From positions 96,001 through 160,000 of the IMG/VR virus record IMGVR_UViG_3300008952_000003: DNA of 64,000 nucleotides. One strand, 5' to 3'. The translations under genes were made by a program, and so were the position numbers. The DNA is from a virus. The notes beneath the pieces are model-generated. The model searched no databases. It was not told where the DNA came from and was given only the letters and a program-made list of their open reading frames with translations. Below, one piece after another: positions 46,616 through 55,186 of the stretch (the stretch's first letter is position 1; the number at the start of each line of letters is the position of its first letter).

Positions 46616-46801
46616 ATGAAGTTTACGAATGTAATTACTAAGATTGAATTTAGCAAAGAGGATATCCGCACCGCGCTAGCTGACTATGTTGATTTAAATC
46701 ATCATCGACCTGGCTTGGCAGATAGCATTCGCAAGAACAATTTCAAAGTCACGACATCCCCCAATGGAAACTTCAGTATCAAGGTGCTCTCTGTAAAATA
46801 A
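46616..46801 (+). CDS. Small hypothetical protein
   Basis: GAGGAG SD directly behind the promoter. Confidence 0.55.
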   Translation: MKFTNVITKIEFSKEDIRTALADYVDLNHHRPGLADSIRKNNFKVTTSPNGNFSIKVLSVK

Positions 46802-46820
46802 GTTTTAATTTGGAGATTGA

Positions 46821-47822
46821 ATGTTACAAGTTGATATTATTCTGGGAGTGCAGCACGGCGATGAGGGAAAGGGAAAAGTTACCCATCACTTATTGAGAGA
46901 GGGAGACTACACCCACTGTCTTCGCTATAACGGCGGCTGCAATGCGGGGCATACAATTTATCATAACGGACAAAAGTTCGTCACACACCACATCCCAGCC
47001 GGTGTCTTCTTTGGGGTGAAGAGTATCATCGGCCCAGGGTGTATTGTTGACATTGATAAATTCTTCGAAGAGATCCAGATGCTGAGGGATGGAGGAATCG
47101 ACGTCGATAGCAAAATATTTATTGCTAAAAATGCACACGTCATACAGAGAAAGCACACCGACGCCGACGCAAATGAGATTCGCTTAGGCACCACCAGGAC
47201 TGGTAATGGTCCGTGCTATAGCGACAAATATGCCAGGGTTGGCTCTCGTGCAGAATCGTTTGCTCGCCTTGTGCCATACCTCGTCGATATGTACGAGGAA
47301 TTTTATATTGCGAACAGTAGCGCCACAGTCTTGTGCGAAGGAGCCCAAGGCTTCGCCCTGGACGTTGACTGGGGAGACTACCCGCATGTCACCAGCAGCC
47401 ACTGCACCACTGCTGGCGCCATGTTGAACGGCTTTCCTCCTAAATCAATACGAAATGTTTATGGTGTTGCAAAGGTATACGAAACGTATGTCGGCTCAAA
47501 GAAATTCCAACCTACCGGCGAGGTTTTTGAAAAAATCCAAGAAGCTGGGCAAGAGTATGGGGCCACCACCGGCCGCAAGCGCCAATGCAACTGGATGAAT
47601 TTAAGTTCCTTAAACCGAGCCTTGAAGATAAACGGAGTAGATCACCTAATAATCAATAAGGTCGATGTACTGGAAGAGGTTGGAGAGTGGTCCGTGGAAA
47701 TCGGATATCCAGAAAACAGTTCTATGTTATCTTTCTGCAATAAAGACCAGTTCTGTGATTACATTACCCGATATTTTGACGGAGTGGATATCACATTTTC
47801 CTCAAGTCCCGAGCAGATCTGA
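46821..47822 (+). CDS. purA: Adenylosuccinate synthetase (short form)
   Basis: GDEGKGK (catalytic Asp kept), GGCNAGHT, GTTRTGNGP.Y.DK, EGAQG..LD.D.G.YP.VTSS, GATTGRKR, NKVDVL. Confidence 0.93.
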   Translation: MLQVDIILGVQHGDEGKGKVTHHLLREGDYTHCLRYNGGCNAGHTIYHNGQKFVTHHIPAGVFFGVKSIIGPGCIVDIDKFFEEIQMLRDGGIDVDSKIFIAKNAHVIQRKHTDADANEIRLGTTRTGNGPCYSDKYARVGSRAESFARLVPYLVDMYEEFYIANSSATVLCEGAQGFALDVDWGDYPHVTSSHCTTAGAMLNGFPPKSIRNVYGVAKVYETYVGSKKFQPTGEVFEKIQEAGQEYGATTGRKRQCNWMNLSSLNRALKINGVDHLIINKVDVLEEVGEWSVEIGYPENSSMLSFCNKDQFCDYITRYFDGVDITFSSSPEQI

Positions 47823-48062
47823 GTGAAAGTAAAATATCCGATACTCGATCTCCATGGTGAGGAACACGACCGCGCAGACTTCTTAATTGAAAAGTTCATC
47901 ACAGACAATATTGATGAACTTCCGCTGAAGGTCATCACTGGGTATTCTGAGTTTTTTATCGATAAGACAAAAGAAATTGTCAAGAAGCTAAATCTTTTCT
48001 GCTACAAAGAGAACTATACAAATGATGGTTGCTGGATTATTCTTCGCAGTCCGTGGTTTTGA
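47823..48062 (+). CDS. Stand-alone Smr/MutS2-like domain protein
   Basis: LDLHG, VITG and N.G motifs in 79 aa. Confidence 0.7.
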   Translation: MKVKYPILDLHGEEHDRADFLIEKFITDNIDELPLKVITGYSEFFIDKTKEIVKKLNLFCYKENYTNDGCWIILRSPWF

Positions 48063-48072
48063 GAGAAAGTGC

Positions 48073-48101
48073 TTGACAAATGTTAGCAATCATGCTATAT
48101 T
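48073..48101 (+). promoter_or_regulatory. Sigma70-type promoter for the R-M operon
   Basis: TTGACA-17-TATATT with extended TG. Confidence 0.85.
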
Positions 48102-48124
48102 AATATTATAACTTAGGAGGAAAC

Positions 48125-48631
48125 ATGGCAGGAGGCATTCAGCCGGGAACATCAGCCACTACAACGGAATCAGTGTTGTCGGAACAAAAACATATTGATC
48201 TTGTTTTATACGCAATTTCTTTGCGTCCGAATCTTTCGCTTAAAAAATCTGTATTGATTGAGGACATTGCTGATCATCCGGCAGAGTATTCTAGGTGCGC
48301 CAATGGTAAATCTCAACGATGGGATGCTGATGGCGGCTTTATCACAACAAACGACGGTCAGGTTATCGGTGTTTGTGAAAACAAATATCAGGGTACCCGA
48401 CAAAACGCGTGCGAGAGGGTTTGTAAATATCTAACATTTCTAGACGCCCACCAGATGTTTGTTTCTTGCGATGGTCCGGGTTTCGAAAAGAAGAATGGCG
48501 AAGGATCTACTGGTCCACTCGTTGATATGCTTAAGCATGCTGGTGCAGTCGTACTAGAAAACGAAACCCATGAAAAGTTCTTGGAAGCCATCAATGGCTG
48601 GCTCGATTCATTAGAGGCAAGATATTTATGA
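48125..48631 (+). CDS. EcoRI/MunI-like PD-(D/E)xK restriction endonuclease
   Basis: DADGG...ENKYQG...NACERVCK resembles EcoRI PDGG/EAKHQG/GNAIER and MunI GNAHERSCK; coupled to an MTase. Confidence 0.6.
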   Translation: MAGGIQPGTSATTTESVLSEQKHIDLVLYAISLRPNLSLKKSVLIEDIADHPAEYSRCANGKSQRWDADGGFITTNDGQVIGVCENKYQGTRQNACERVCKYLTFLDAHQMFVSCDGPGFEKKNGEGSTGPLVDMLKHAGAVVLENETHEKFLEAINGWLDSLEARYL

Positions 48632-49674
48632 AGCCACTGTTTATGTGGGCTGGAGGCAAGAAAAAGCTTCTCAAGAAATACGAACCACACTTGCCTGACA
48701 ATTTTGAATCTTATCACGAACCTTTCTTTGGTGGTGGTGCGATGTTTGTCTGGGCATACGAAAAGAATCCTAATGCAAACTTCTACATCAATGACATCAA
48801 TAAACATATTATTGGTATCTATAAGGCCGTTCGAGACGATGTGGAAACGTTCTGCGCGCATTTAGACGAGCTTCAAAGGGAGTATCTTGAACTGCCTGGC
48901 CCAAAAGAGCAGGGCGGAGAGACGAACAAGACCCTGCAGAAAAAGTACGCTCGCCCAGATAAGGGACGAGGCCGTAGAGACTGGGAGTCAATTTACAGAG
49001 AGCAAAAGTCTCGAAGGCATTATTATTTCAAAGTTCGAGACGAGTATGCTTGGGATCACAAGAAATTAACTCCAGTCAATGAAGCTGCCATGCTGTATTT
49101 TCTAATGAAGACTGGGTTTAACGGCGTCTGGCAACTGAACAAGAACACTAACGGCAGATTCGGCACACCTTGTGGCCTAATGAAGCATACTGATAAAGTG
49201 TACGACAAAGAGAATGTCATGGAGTGGCACAGAGCCCTCCAGAATTGTGAAATAACTTCTGGCGACTACAAGCAAACTTTAAGAGATGTTGGTCCCGGCT
49301 CTTATATCTTCTTGGATCCTCCTTATCGTGGGGGCTTTGCGGACTATGGAACAGAAAAAGACGATAACTTCCAGCAAGAAGTCGTAAATTATCTTAACGC
49401 TGCTGCAGCCAGAAAGGCATACTGTATGCTATCCAATCGTGACATGGGTGACGGATTCTTCGAGGATCGAAAAGGAAACAATCAAATTGAATATTTTGAT
49501 GTAACTTACACGGTTGGGCGAAGAAAGAAAGTAGGCGTGGATGAGAATGGAAAAGATATATTCGAGGCTGTAAAGGCAAAAGAAATTTTAATGATTGGAC
49601 TTGACAAAGAAAGTCAAACGTGCTATATTAATAATACAAACAAACTAGGAGTGTTAAATGGGAACTGGATTTGA
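48628..49674 (+). CDS. Dam-family (D12 class) N6-adenine DNA methyltransferase
   Basis: KPLFMWAGGK, EPFFGGGA, NDIN, DPPY, SN; ATGA overlap with the endonuclease. Confidence 0.93.
   Translation: MKPLFMWAGGKKKLLKKYEPHLPDNFESYHEPFFGGGAMFVWAYEKNPNANFYINDINKHIIGIYKAVRDDVETFCAHLDELQREYLELPGPKEQGGETNKTLQKKYARPDKGRGRRDWESIYREQKSRRHYYFKVRDEYAWDHKKLTPVNEAAMLYFLMKTGFNGVWQLNKNTNGRFGTPCGLMKHTDKVYDKENVMEWHRALQNCEITSGDYKQTLRDVGPGSYIFLDPPYRGGFADYGTEKDDNFQQEVVNYLNAAAARKAYCMLSNRDMGDGFFEDRKGNNQIEYFDVTYTVGRRKKVGVDENGKDIFEAVKAKEILMIGLDKESQTCYINNTNKLGVLNGNWI
49601..49629 (+). promoter_or_regulatory. Sigma70-type promoter inside the MTase 3' end
   Basis: TTGACA-17-TATATT with extended TG. Confidence 0.8.
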
Positions 49675-49969
49675 AATTTTTGAAAACGTAGTGGAGATTC
49701 ATCAAGAAGTTGAGGATGTCGATATGTCAACAAAAGAAGAAAAGATGTTGGAGTATGTTCAAGAACTTCAGAAGATTGAAGATCAGATGGAGCCACTGAA
49801 AGAGATGAAGCGCCAACTTAAAGCAGACTTTAAAGAAGCTGATTGGCTCACTGGAGACGAGATCTCCATGACAGTCAAGGCTTATCGAATGCTCAAGACA
49901 AAAGACTTTGACTTCGATGAGTTTAGCAACGTTTATGAATCACTTGCGAAGATTGCTGGGAAGGTATGA
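49658..49969 (+). CDS. Hypothetical coiled-coil protein, weak GapR/DUF2312-like resemblance
   Basis: MLEYVQELQKIEDQMEPLKEMKRQLKADFK helical pattern; AGGAG SD. Confidence 0.4.
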   Translation: MGTGFEIFENVVEIHQEVEDVDMSTKEEKMLEYVQELQKIEDQMEPLKEMKRQLKADFKEADWLTGDEISMTVKAYRMLKTKDFDFDEFSNVYESLAKIAGKV

Positions 49970-51093
49970 TGGGAAATATAATACGAAACAAATTCACAGG
50001 GACTGATAAAAACAATAAATTAGACCTTCGACAGTTTCCGTCAAAGAAGATGTATTGCCCAGTCGCTCAATCAGAAAAGGCATGCTATTATGTTCCTTTG
50101 AGTATGGTTGATTCTTTGGGTCACAACCCAGGTAGAATAAAGGGGACTCAAAACGATAATGTTCAGCGCATTGCAGAATCATTTCGCACAAATCCAGATG
50201 GACAAGAAGAGCCGGTTTGTCTTAGATGGTCGGGCATCCATGCAAACTTCGAGAGGGTTTACGGAGTTCATCGATGCGAAGCGGCCAATATTGTTCAAAA
50301 TGAGGACAATATGACAATCGCCAATCATCCACCAAATACTGAACCCGGCATCTGGGCTTGGGTTTTTACTGGAACTGACGCCGAAAAAACACTAGTTCAA
50401 ATGAAGGAGAATGGAAATAAGAAGCCTCAAAGTCCTGCCACCAAAGAAGAAATCGCCGGAATGTTAAAAAAGTGTATTGATCAGGGGGGCCTAGATTATT
50501 CTGAAGGAGGAAGATTTGCATCCCTTAGTGATGAAGACAAACGCAAGCGTGCAAAGGACTTGCTGCTCAAGGAAGTTCCCCAATGGGGCGGAAGAAAGTT
50601 CCAAGGAGTGTGGAATGTTATCCTTGGTAGTGATGCACACTCATCGTATTCTAGTTTAAAAACTTGGACCAAAGAAAGAATTAGGGAATATTTTGCATAT
50701 CACAATAAATATAATTTACCTATAGACGAAGTATTAAATACAAAGAAGAAGTCGCCGATCATCGACGCGGGTGGAGTAAGATATAATATCAGATTTGTGG
50801 CAGATGTCCAAGAAATCACCGGAGCGCTCCCGACTCATGCAGCAAAGGCAAGGGAGAAAAAGAAAATAGATAAGACTATAGTTGTCGCTGGACTTGGAAG
50901 AACTACAGTAAAAAAGATTGAAACCGACAGAAAGCGTCTTATCAAGGAAGCAAAATATTGGAACGAAAATATTTATTATTCTTTTGATGAATTATTATTT
51001 GTTCCCCAGACAACAGAAGAAACGGACAAGCATCTCCATAAGGGTGAATATGCTCTCGAAGTTGATCTTACAGAAAGCCAAGAAGAGGAATAA
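49966..51093 (+). CDS. ParB/Srx N-terminal-domain protein
   Basis: NPGR....NVQRIAESF....GQEEPV.....YGVHRCEAA (GxHR motif). Confidence 0.5.
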   Translation: MMGNIIRNKFTGTDKNNKLDLRQFPSKKMYCPVAQSEKACYYVPLSMVDSLGHNPGRIKGTQNDNVQRIAESFRTNPDGQEEPVCLRWSGIHANFERVYGVHRCEAANIVQNEDNMTIANHPPNTEPGIWAWVFTGTDAEKTLVQMKENGNKKPQSPATKEEIAGMLKKCIDQGGLDYSEGGRFASLSDEDKRKRAKDLLLKEVPQWGGRKFQGVWNVILGSDAHSSYSSLKTWTKERIREYFAYHNKYNLPIDEVLNTKKKSPIIDAGGVRYNIRFVADVQEITGALPTHAAKAREKKKIDKTIVVAGLGRTTVKKIETDRKRLIKEAKYWNENIYYSFDELLFVPQTTEETDKHLHKGEYALEVDLTESQEEE

Positions 51094-51627
51094 ATGATTT
51101 TAGAGTATTACCGCACACGACCGAATGCTATTCCTCCAACCCGCGCAAATCCATCAGACGCGGGATTGGATGTGTATTATAATCCAGAACACCCCCAGGA
51201 ATTGGGGTTGAATCTGCGCCCAGGCGAGAGTAAGTTGTTTCCCACTGGTCTTAAATTCGGAGTGCCTCACGGCTATATGCTGGAGGTAAAGAATCGCAGT
51301 GGAAATGCATCGAAACGAAGTTTACTTGTTGGTGCCTGTGTTATAGATTCTGGATATGATGGCGAGGTTTTTGTGAATCTCCATAATGTGGGGACGGAGA
51401 CTCAATTTGTGAAAAGAGGAACGAAGGTTGCTCAAATCGTAATGGTACCGGTTGTACACTTCCGAGCGCTTGAGACAAATCGAGACAATCTATACGATTG
51501 GTATCCGATTACGATGAGTGGTCGCGGCGATGGTGCCCTTGGCTCAACGGATAATGAGAGCCCCCCACAAAACTCAATCGATTCTCGTGACACCCCCGGA
51601 AGCTGGGAACTTGGAGATCCTACATGA
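51094..51627 (+). CDS. dut: Trimeric dUTPase
   Basis: AGLDV, RSG, GACVIDSGYDGE, AQIV, RGDGALGST. Confidence 0.93.
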   Translation: MILEYYRTRPNAIPPTRANPSDAGLDVYYNPEHPQELGLNLRPGESKLFPTGLKFGVPHGYMLEVKNRSGNASKRSLLVGACVIDSGYDGEVFVNLHNVGTETQFVKRGTKVAQIVMVPVVHFRALETNRDNLYDWYPITMSGRGDGALGSTDNESPPQNSIDSRDTPGSWELGDPT

Positions 51628-52664
51628 AGATGAGAAAATGCTTATCATACGATGACGTGTTGCTCGTGCCTCAGTATTCTGATATAGTGTCACGATCCGA
51701 GGTAGACATTACAACGAGCCTATCTCCTGATTTAATCTTTGAATTTCCGGTGATCTCTTCGCCTATGGATACGATCACAGAAGATGATATGGCGGCTACC
51801 ATGTCATCATTGGGAGGCCTGGGAGTTATCCATCGATATAACACGATAGAAGCCCAGTGTGATTTGGTGAGATCGGTAAAAGTCTCCTCCCCTGGCGCCA
51901 CCGTATCCGCAGCTATTGGGGTGACTGGAGACTATATGGAGAGGGCCCAGTCGCTCGTCCGTGCTGGAGCAAGCATTCTTTGTTTGGATGTTGCTCACGG
52001 TCACCACATTCTTATGAAAGATGCACTTACGAGCGTTAGATCAATCTTTAATGAGCGCCTGCACATAATGGCTGGAAATGTCGCGACCAGGAAGGCCGCC
52101 GAGGATCTAGCAAAGTGGGGAGCAGATTCGATTAGGTGCAATATAGGTGGCGGTTCAATTTGTTCCACGCGAGTTCAGACTGGTCACGGCCTTCCCGGAT
52201 TTCAAACAATCGTAGATTGCTTTGATGCTACCTTTAATCGCGATATCAAAATTATCGCTGATGGGGGAATTCGAAATAGTGGGGATATTGTAAAGGCCCT
52301 CGCCGCTGGCGCCGACTTTGTGATGGTCGGGTCTCTGTTTTCTGGCACGTCGGAGACCCCAGGGAAAATAATCAGAGATAAGGAAGGAAATAGCTTTAAG
52401 GCATATCGCGGAATGGCATCCTCAGAGGCACAAAGAAACTGGCGAGGACACACCAGTTCTCTGGAGGGTGTCTCCGCATTGGTTCCGTTTCGTGGCTCCG
52501 TCGAGAACATAGTAGATGAACTAAAGGTCGGAATCCGCAGTGGCCTCTCCTATTCTGGAGCTAGGAATATCGACGAATTGCAGTCAACCGCCGAGTTCGT
52601 TGTGCAGACATCTTCCGGCTTGGTGGAGAGTGGCACCCACATTAATGGCAGGTTCAGTGGCTGA
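51624..52664 (+). CDS. guaB: IMP dehydrogenase / GMP reductase family protein (no CBS domains)
   Basis: LSYDDVLLVP, SSPMDT, GGLGVIHR, DVAHGH, AGNVAT, GGGSICSTR, IIADGGI, YRGMAS, EGVS. Confidence 0.85.
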   Translation: MKMRKCLSYDDVLLVPQYSDIVSRSEVDITTSLSPDLIFEFPVISSPMDTITEDDMAATMSSLGGLGVIHRYNTIEAQCDLVRSVKVSSPGATVSAAIGVTGDYMERAQSLVRAGASILCLDVAHGHHILMKDALTSVRSIFNERLHIMAGNVATRKAAEDLAKWGADSIRCNIGGGSICSTRVQTGHGLPGFQTIVDCFDATFNRDIKIIADGGIRNSGDIVKALAAGADFVMVGSLFSGTSETPGKIIRDKEGNSFKAYRGMASSEAQRNWRGHTSSLEGVSALVPFRGSVENIVDELKVGIRSGLSYSGARNIDELQSTAEFVVQTSSGLVESGTHINGRFSG

Positions 52665-52986
52665 TTACGGAAAAAGGGAGAAGCGAATAAGTTTCATGGA
52701 TACGGATAAACGAAATGCAGATTTGCTTATTAGGTTAAAGAATGATGGACTGACAAAGACAAAGTTTTTTCGAGCAATCCTTTCTGGGTATTTAGAGAGG
52801 GATCACGCCATTGTTGAGTTTGTGGAGAGGTTCAAGCTATCAGCGGGCCACCAAAGCCGCTCCAAAGCCGCAGTTGTTAAAGATTTAGAGGGAAAAGGAA
52901 AAAAGAATAAGGCAAAATATGGTCTTGAGGATAGAGAGATACAAAATATTTTCGATATCCTTGAAAAAGAACATCCCGAATTATAA
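52657..52986 (+). CDS. Hypothetical protein, possible ribbon-helix-helix DNA-binding domain
   Basis: GTG 52657 start preferred; KRISFMDTDKRNADLLIRLKNDGLTKTKFFRAIL beta-alpha-alpha pattern. Confidence 0.45.
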   Translation: MADYGKREKRISFMDTDKRNADLLIRLKNDGLTKTKFFRAILSGYLERDHAIVEFVERFKLSAGHQSRSKAAVVKDLEGKGKKNKAKYGLEDREIQNIFDILEKEHPEL

Positions 52987-53013
52987 ACTTTTGGGTTTTT
53001 TAAAAAACAAAAT

Positions 53014-53021
53014 ACTATTTA
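53014..53021 (+). promoter_or_regulatory. Putative late promoter motif ACTATTTA
   Basis: Preceded by the palindrome GTTTTTTAAAAAAC; upstream of acidic ORF 53070. Confidence 0.55.
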
Positions 53022-53069
53022 TTAATGATTATAATATACTGCTCTTGGTATATCTAAGGAGATCTTAAA

Positions 53070-53750
53070 ATGAGCAAAAAACTTTTGAACGAGTCAACTA
53101 TTCGTCGCTTCGGCCAGTTGGCCAACATGAATTCTTCTCTCGTTTCCAATTTCATTCAGGAAATGGTGGAAGAAGAGACACCTCCCTATATTGGGGAAGA
53201 AGAGGAAGAAGACGGTGATCTAGGCCTCGATGGCGAAGTTGATATGGAGCTTCCCCCGGAAGAGCCAGTCATGGACTATCCCGAAGATGAGGCCCTGGGC
53301 GAAGAACCAGCAGATCTTGCATCGAAAGTGATTCAAGCTGTTGCCGACGCACTAGATATCCAGGTTGACATTGTGGGTGGCGCCGCAGACGATCTTGGAC
53401 TTGAAGACGATCTCGCCGCAGACGATCTTGGACTTGAAGACGATCTCGCCGCAGACGATCTTGGACTTGAAGATGATTTGGAGGAGAGTGATGTCGGACA
53501 GAAATCTTTCGACGCTCTCGTCGCAGCAGTTCTCCAGGAAATAGAGAATGTCAAGAGTACAGACGAGACTGAAATCACTGAAGCCGAAGAGGCAGACGAG
53601 ACTGAAATCACTGAAGCCGAAGAGGCAGACGAGACTGAAATCACTGAAGCCGACGAAGCTGATAAAGCCGAAATTGACGAAGAGGTGGTTCAGGAAGTTT
53701 TGCGTAGAGTCAAGAGTCGCATTGCAAGCCTTCGCAATAAAAAATCTTAA
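53070..53750 (+). CDS. Highly acidic repeat protein, candidate prohead core / internal head protein
   Basis: Very D/E-rich; LLNE and repeated EITEA motifs; behind a late motif. Confidence 0.55.
   Translation: MSKKLLNESTIRRFGQLANMNSSLVSNFIQEMVEEETPPYIGEEEEEDGDLGLDGEVDMELPPEEPVMDYPEDEALGEEPADLASKVIQAVADALDIQVDIVGGAADDLGLEDDLAADDLGLEDDLAADDLGLEDDLEESDVGQKSFDALVAAVLQEIENVKSTDETEITEAEEADETEITEAEEADETEITEADEADKAEIDEEVVQEVLRRVKSRIASLRNKKS
53381..53479 (+). repeat. 3 x 33-bp in-frame tandem repeat (AADDLGLEDDL)
   Basis: Unit CGCCGCAGACGATCTTGGACTTGAAGACGATCT; third copy slightly diverged. Confidence 0.95.
53560..53653 (+). repeat. ~2.85 x 33-bp in-frame tandem repeat (DETEITEAEEA)
   Basis: Unit CAGACGAGACTGAAATCACTGAAGCCGAAGAGG. 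Confidence 0.95.
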
Positions 53751-53768
53751 AACACTTTAGTGTGCCCT

Positions 53769-53811
53769 AAATGCCATGATCCTTATTTTTCTTAAATAAG
53801 CCATGGCATTT
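53769..53811. terminator. Long interrupted hairpin (terminator or processing site)
   Basis: AAATGCCATG/CATGGCATTT outer stem plus CTTATTT/AAATAAG inner stem. Confidence 0.55.
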
Positions 53812-53830
53812 TATATTTGAGAGTGGATAA

Positions 53831-54223
53831 ATGGAAAATATTTTAATATTTGCCTTTGGGTTGGTGGCTGGAGCCATCTTTTATCGAGCAGCAGCAATTC
53901 TGCGAGTGGCGTGGATAAACCTTTTAATGTTCCGTATGGTAGAGTTACAATGCCTTCAGATGCTGGCAATGTCTCTTGAGGACGCCGCGTTCATGAAGGA
54001 AGCGCGCCGACAAATGATGCAAAAGGTCCGTATATATGACAAGAACCAGATAAGAATAATAGAGAATGAAGATCAATACAACCTTCAGAATTGGAAGGAC
54101 AACTCAATCGATCGTTTAATTAATCGATACCCAAAGAATTACAAGAAGACTTTAAAGTATCATGATTGGGGGACTGCAATGAAATATCTAAATGCTCATG
54201 TGGAGAAAGTGCTTGACAGATAA
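53831..54223 (+). CDS. Hypothetical protein with N-terminal TM segment
   Basis: Hydrophobic N-terminus; 130 aa. Confidence 0.6.
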   Translation: MENILIFAFGLVAGAIFYRAAAILRVAWINLLMFRMVELQCLQMLAMSLEDAAFMKEARRQMMQKVRIYDKNQIRIIENEDQYNLQNWKDNSIDRLINRYPKNYKKTLKYHDWGTAMKYLNAHVEKVLDR

Positions 54224-54241
54224 ATTGTTTTGTGTTATACT
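54213..54241 (+). promoter_or_regulatory. Sigma70-type promoter
   Basis: TTGACA-17-TATACT with extended TG. Confidence 0.8.
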
Positions 54242-54269
54242 TATTTATAGATAGAGGAGAAAAGGTCTC

Positions 54270-54593
54270 ATGGAAGCAGTTGCATGGAAACACTTTAGAA
54301 GCGGTAATAATTATTACTATGTGATTCAACTAAATAATATAAGGGGTATACGCCAAAAGAGAGAAATTGAAAAACACCTTAGAGATTGGAAATTTCACGG
54401 AGAAGGGTTTGATCCCAAAAACAAAGAAATGACACTGTTGTTTAGGAGGAGTTTCGATAGCGACGAGAGTTGGAAATCCTGGGCTCAGTTATTTCCATAC
54501 GTCTTGATTGAAGTAGGAAAGAGCGGAAAGAATAAGCCATACAAACTGGGATTAGATTACATGAATTCCCCCAGGAGAAAAAAGAATGCCTGA
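54270..54593 (+). CDS. Hypothetical protein
   Basis: GAGGAG SD; 107 aa. Confidence 0.6.
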   Translation: MEAVAWKHFRSGNNYYYVIQLNNIRGIRQKREIEKHLRDWKFHGEGFDPKNKEMTLLFRRSFDSDESWKSWAQLFPYVLIEVGKSGKNKPYKLGLDYMNSPRRKKNA

Positions 54594-55176
54594 TGAAGAT
54601 AGTCCTCTGAATGAGGACACAGACACAGACACAGACGCGGAAGCGGAAGAGGTACCACAACCACCACCAGAGCTTCGCGTTATTGGGCTCTTTGGTGAAG
54701 TGTCGGAGAAAAAAGCCGAAGAAATAATCTATGGACTAATGCTGTTAGCGCACGAGGCGCCTGAAGACATCGATTTGTGCATCTCCTCCACTGGAGGCGC
54801 CGCAATTGATATGTTCGCCATATATGATGTAATGAGGGTGCTGAGAGAGGGTGTAGATATCAGTACGATCGGCCTGGGAAAGATAATGTCTGCTGCAGTT
54901 CTATTGTTGGCCGCCGGCACCAAGGGAAAGAGGAAGATAGGCAGATATTGTCGAGTCATGATTCACTCTGTAATTTCTGGGACACACGGAAGCCTCCATG
55001 ATTTAAATAATGAAATGAGAGAGATAGAATATACTCAGGATCAATATATCGAAGTTCTGTGCAAGGAAACCAACCTCACCGAAGAGAAAATTAGAGAGAT
55101 GTTTTCTAAGAATGTTAATATATATCTTACGGCTGAAGAGGCAGTTGAGTATGGAATTGCCGATGAGATAATTTAA
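54586..55176 (+). CDS. clpP: ClpP-family serine protease subunit
   Basis: I.L.ISSTGG, G.IMSAA (Ser), RVMIH (His), YLTAEEAVEYGIADEII; acidic N-terminal extension. Confidence 0.88.
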   Translation: MPDEDSPLNEDTDTDTDAEAEEVPQPPPELRVIGLFGEVSEKKAEEIIYGLMLLAHEAPEDIDLCISSTGGAAIDMFAIYDVMRVLREGVDISTIGLGKIMSAAVLLLAAGTKGKRKIGRYCRVMIHSVISGTHGSLHDLNNEMREIEYTQDQYIEVLCKETNLTEEKIREMFSKNVNIYLTAEEAVEYGIADEII

Positions 55177-55186
55177 GGAGAACAGA

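Noticed and set aside
46821-47822. PurZ (2-aminoadenine Z-genome) interpretation of the PurA homologue, tempting given a PolA in the window
   Set aside because: It keeps the catalytic Asp in GDEGKGK (Ser in PurZ) and the canonical GATTGRKR loop; no DatZ/MazZ-like gene was recognised.
53381-53653. 33-bp repeats as a CRISPR array
   Set aside because: Units are contiguous with no spacers, in frame within a CDS, and no cas genes are present.
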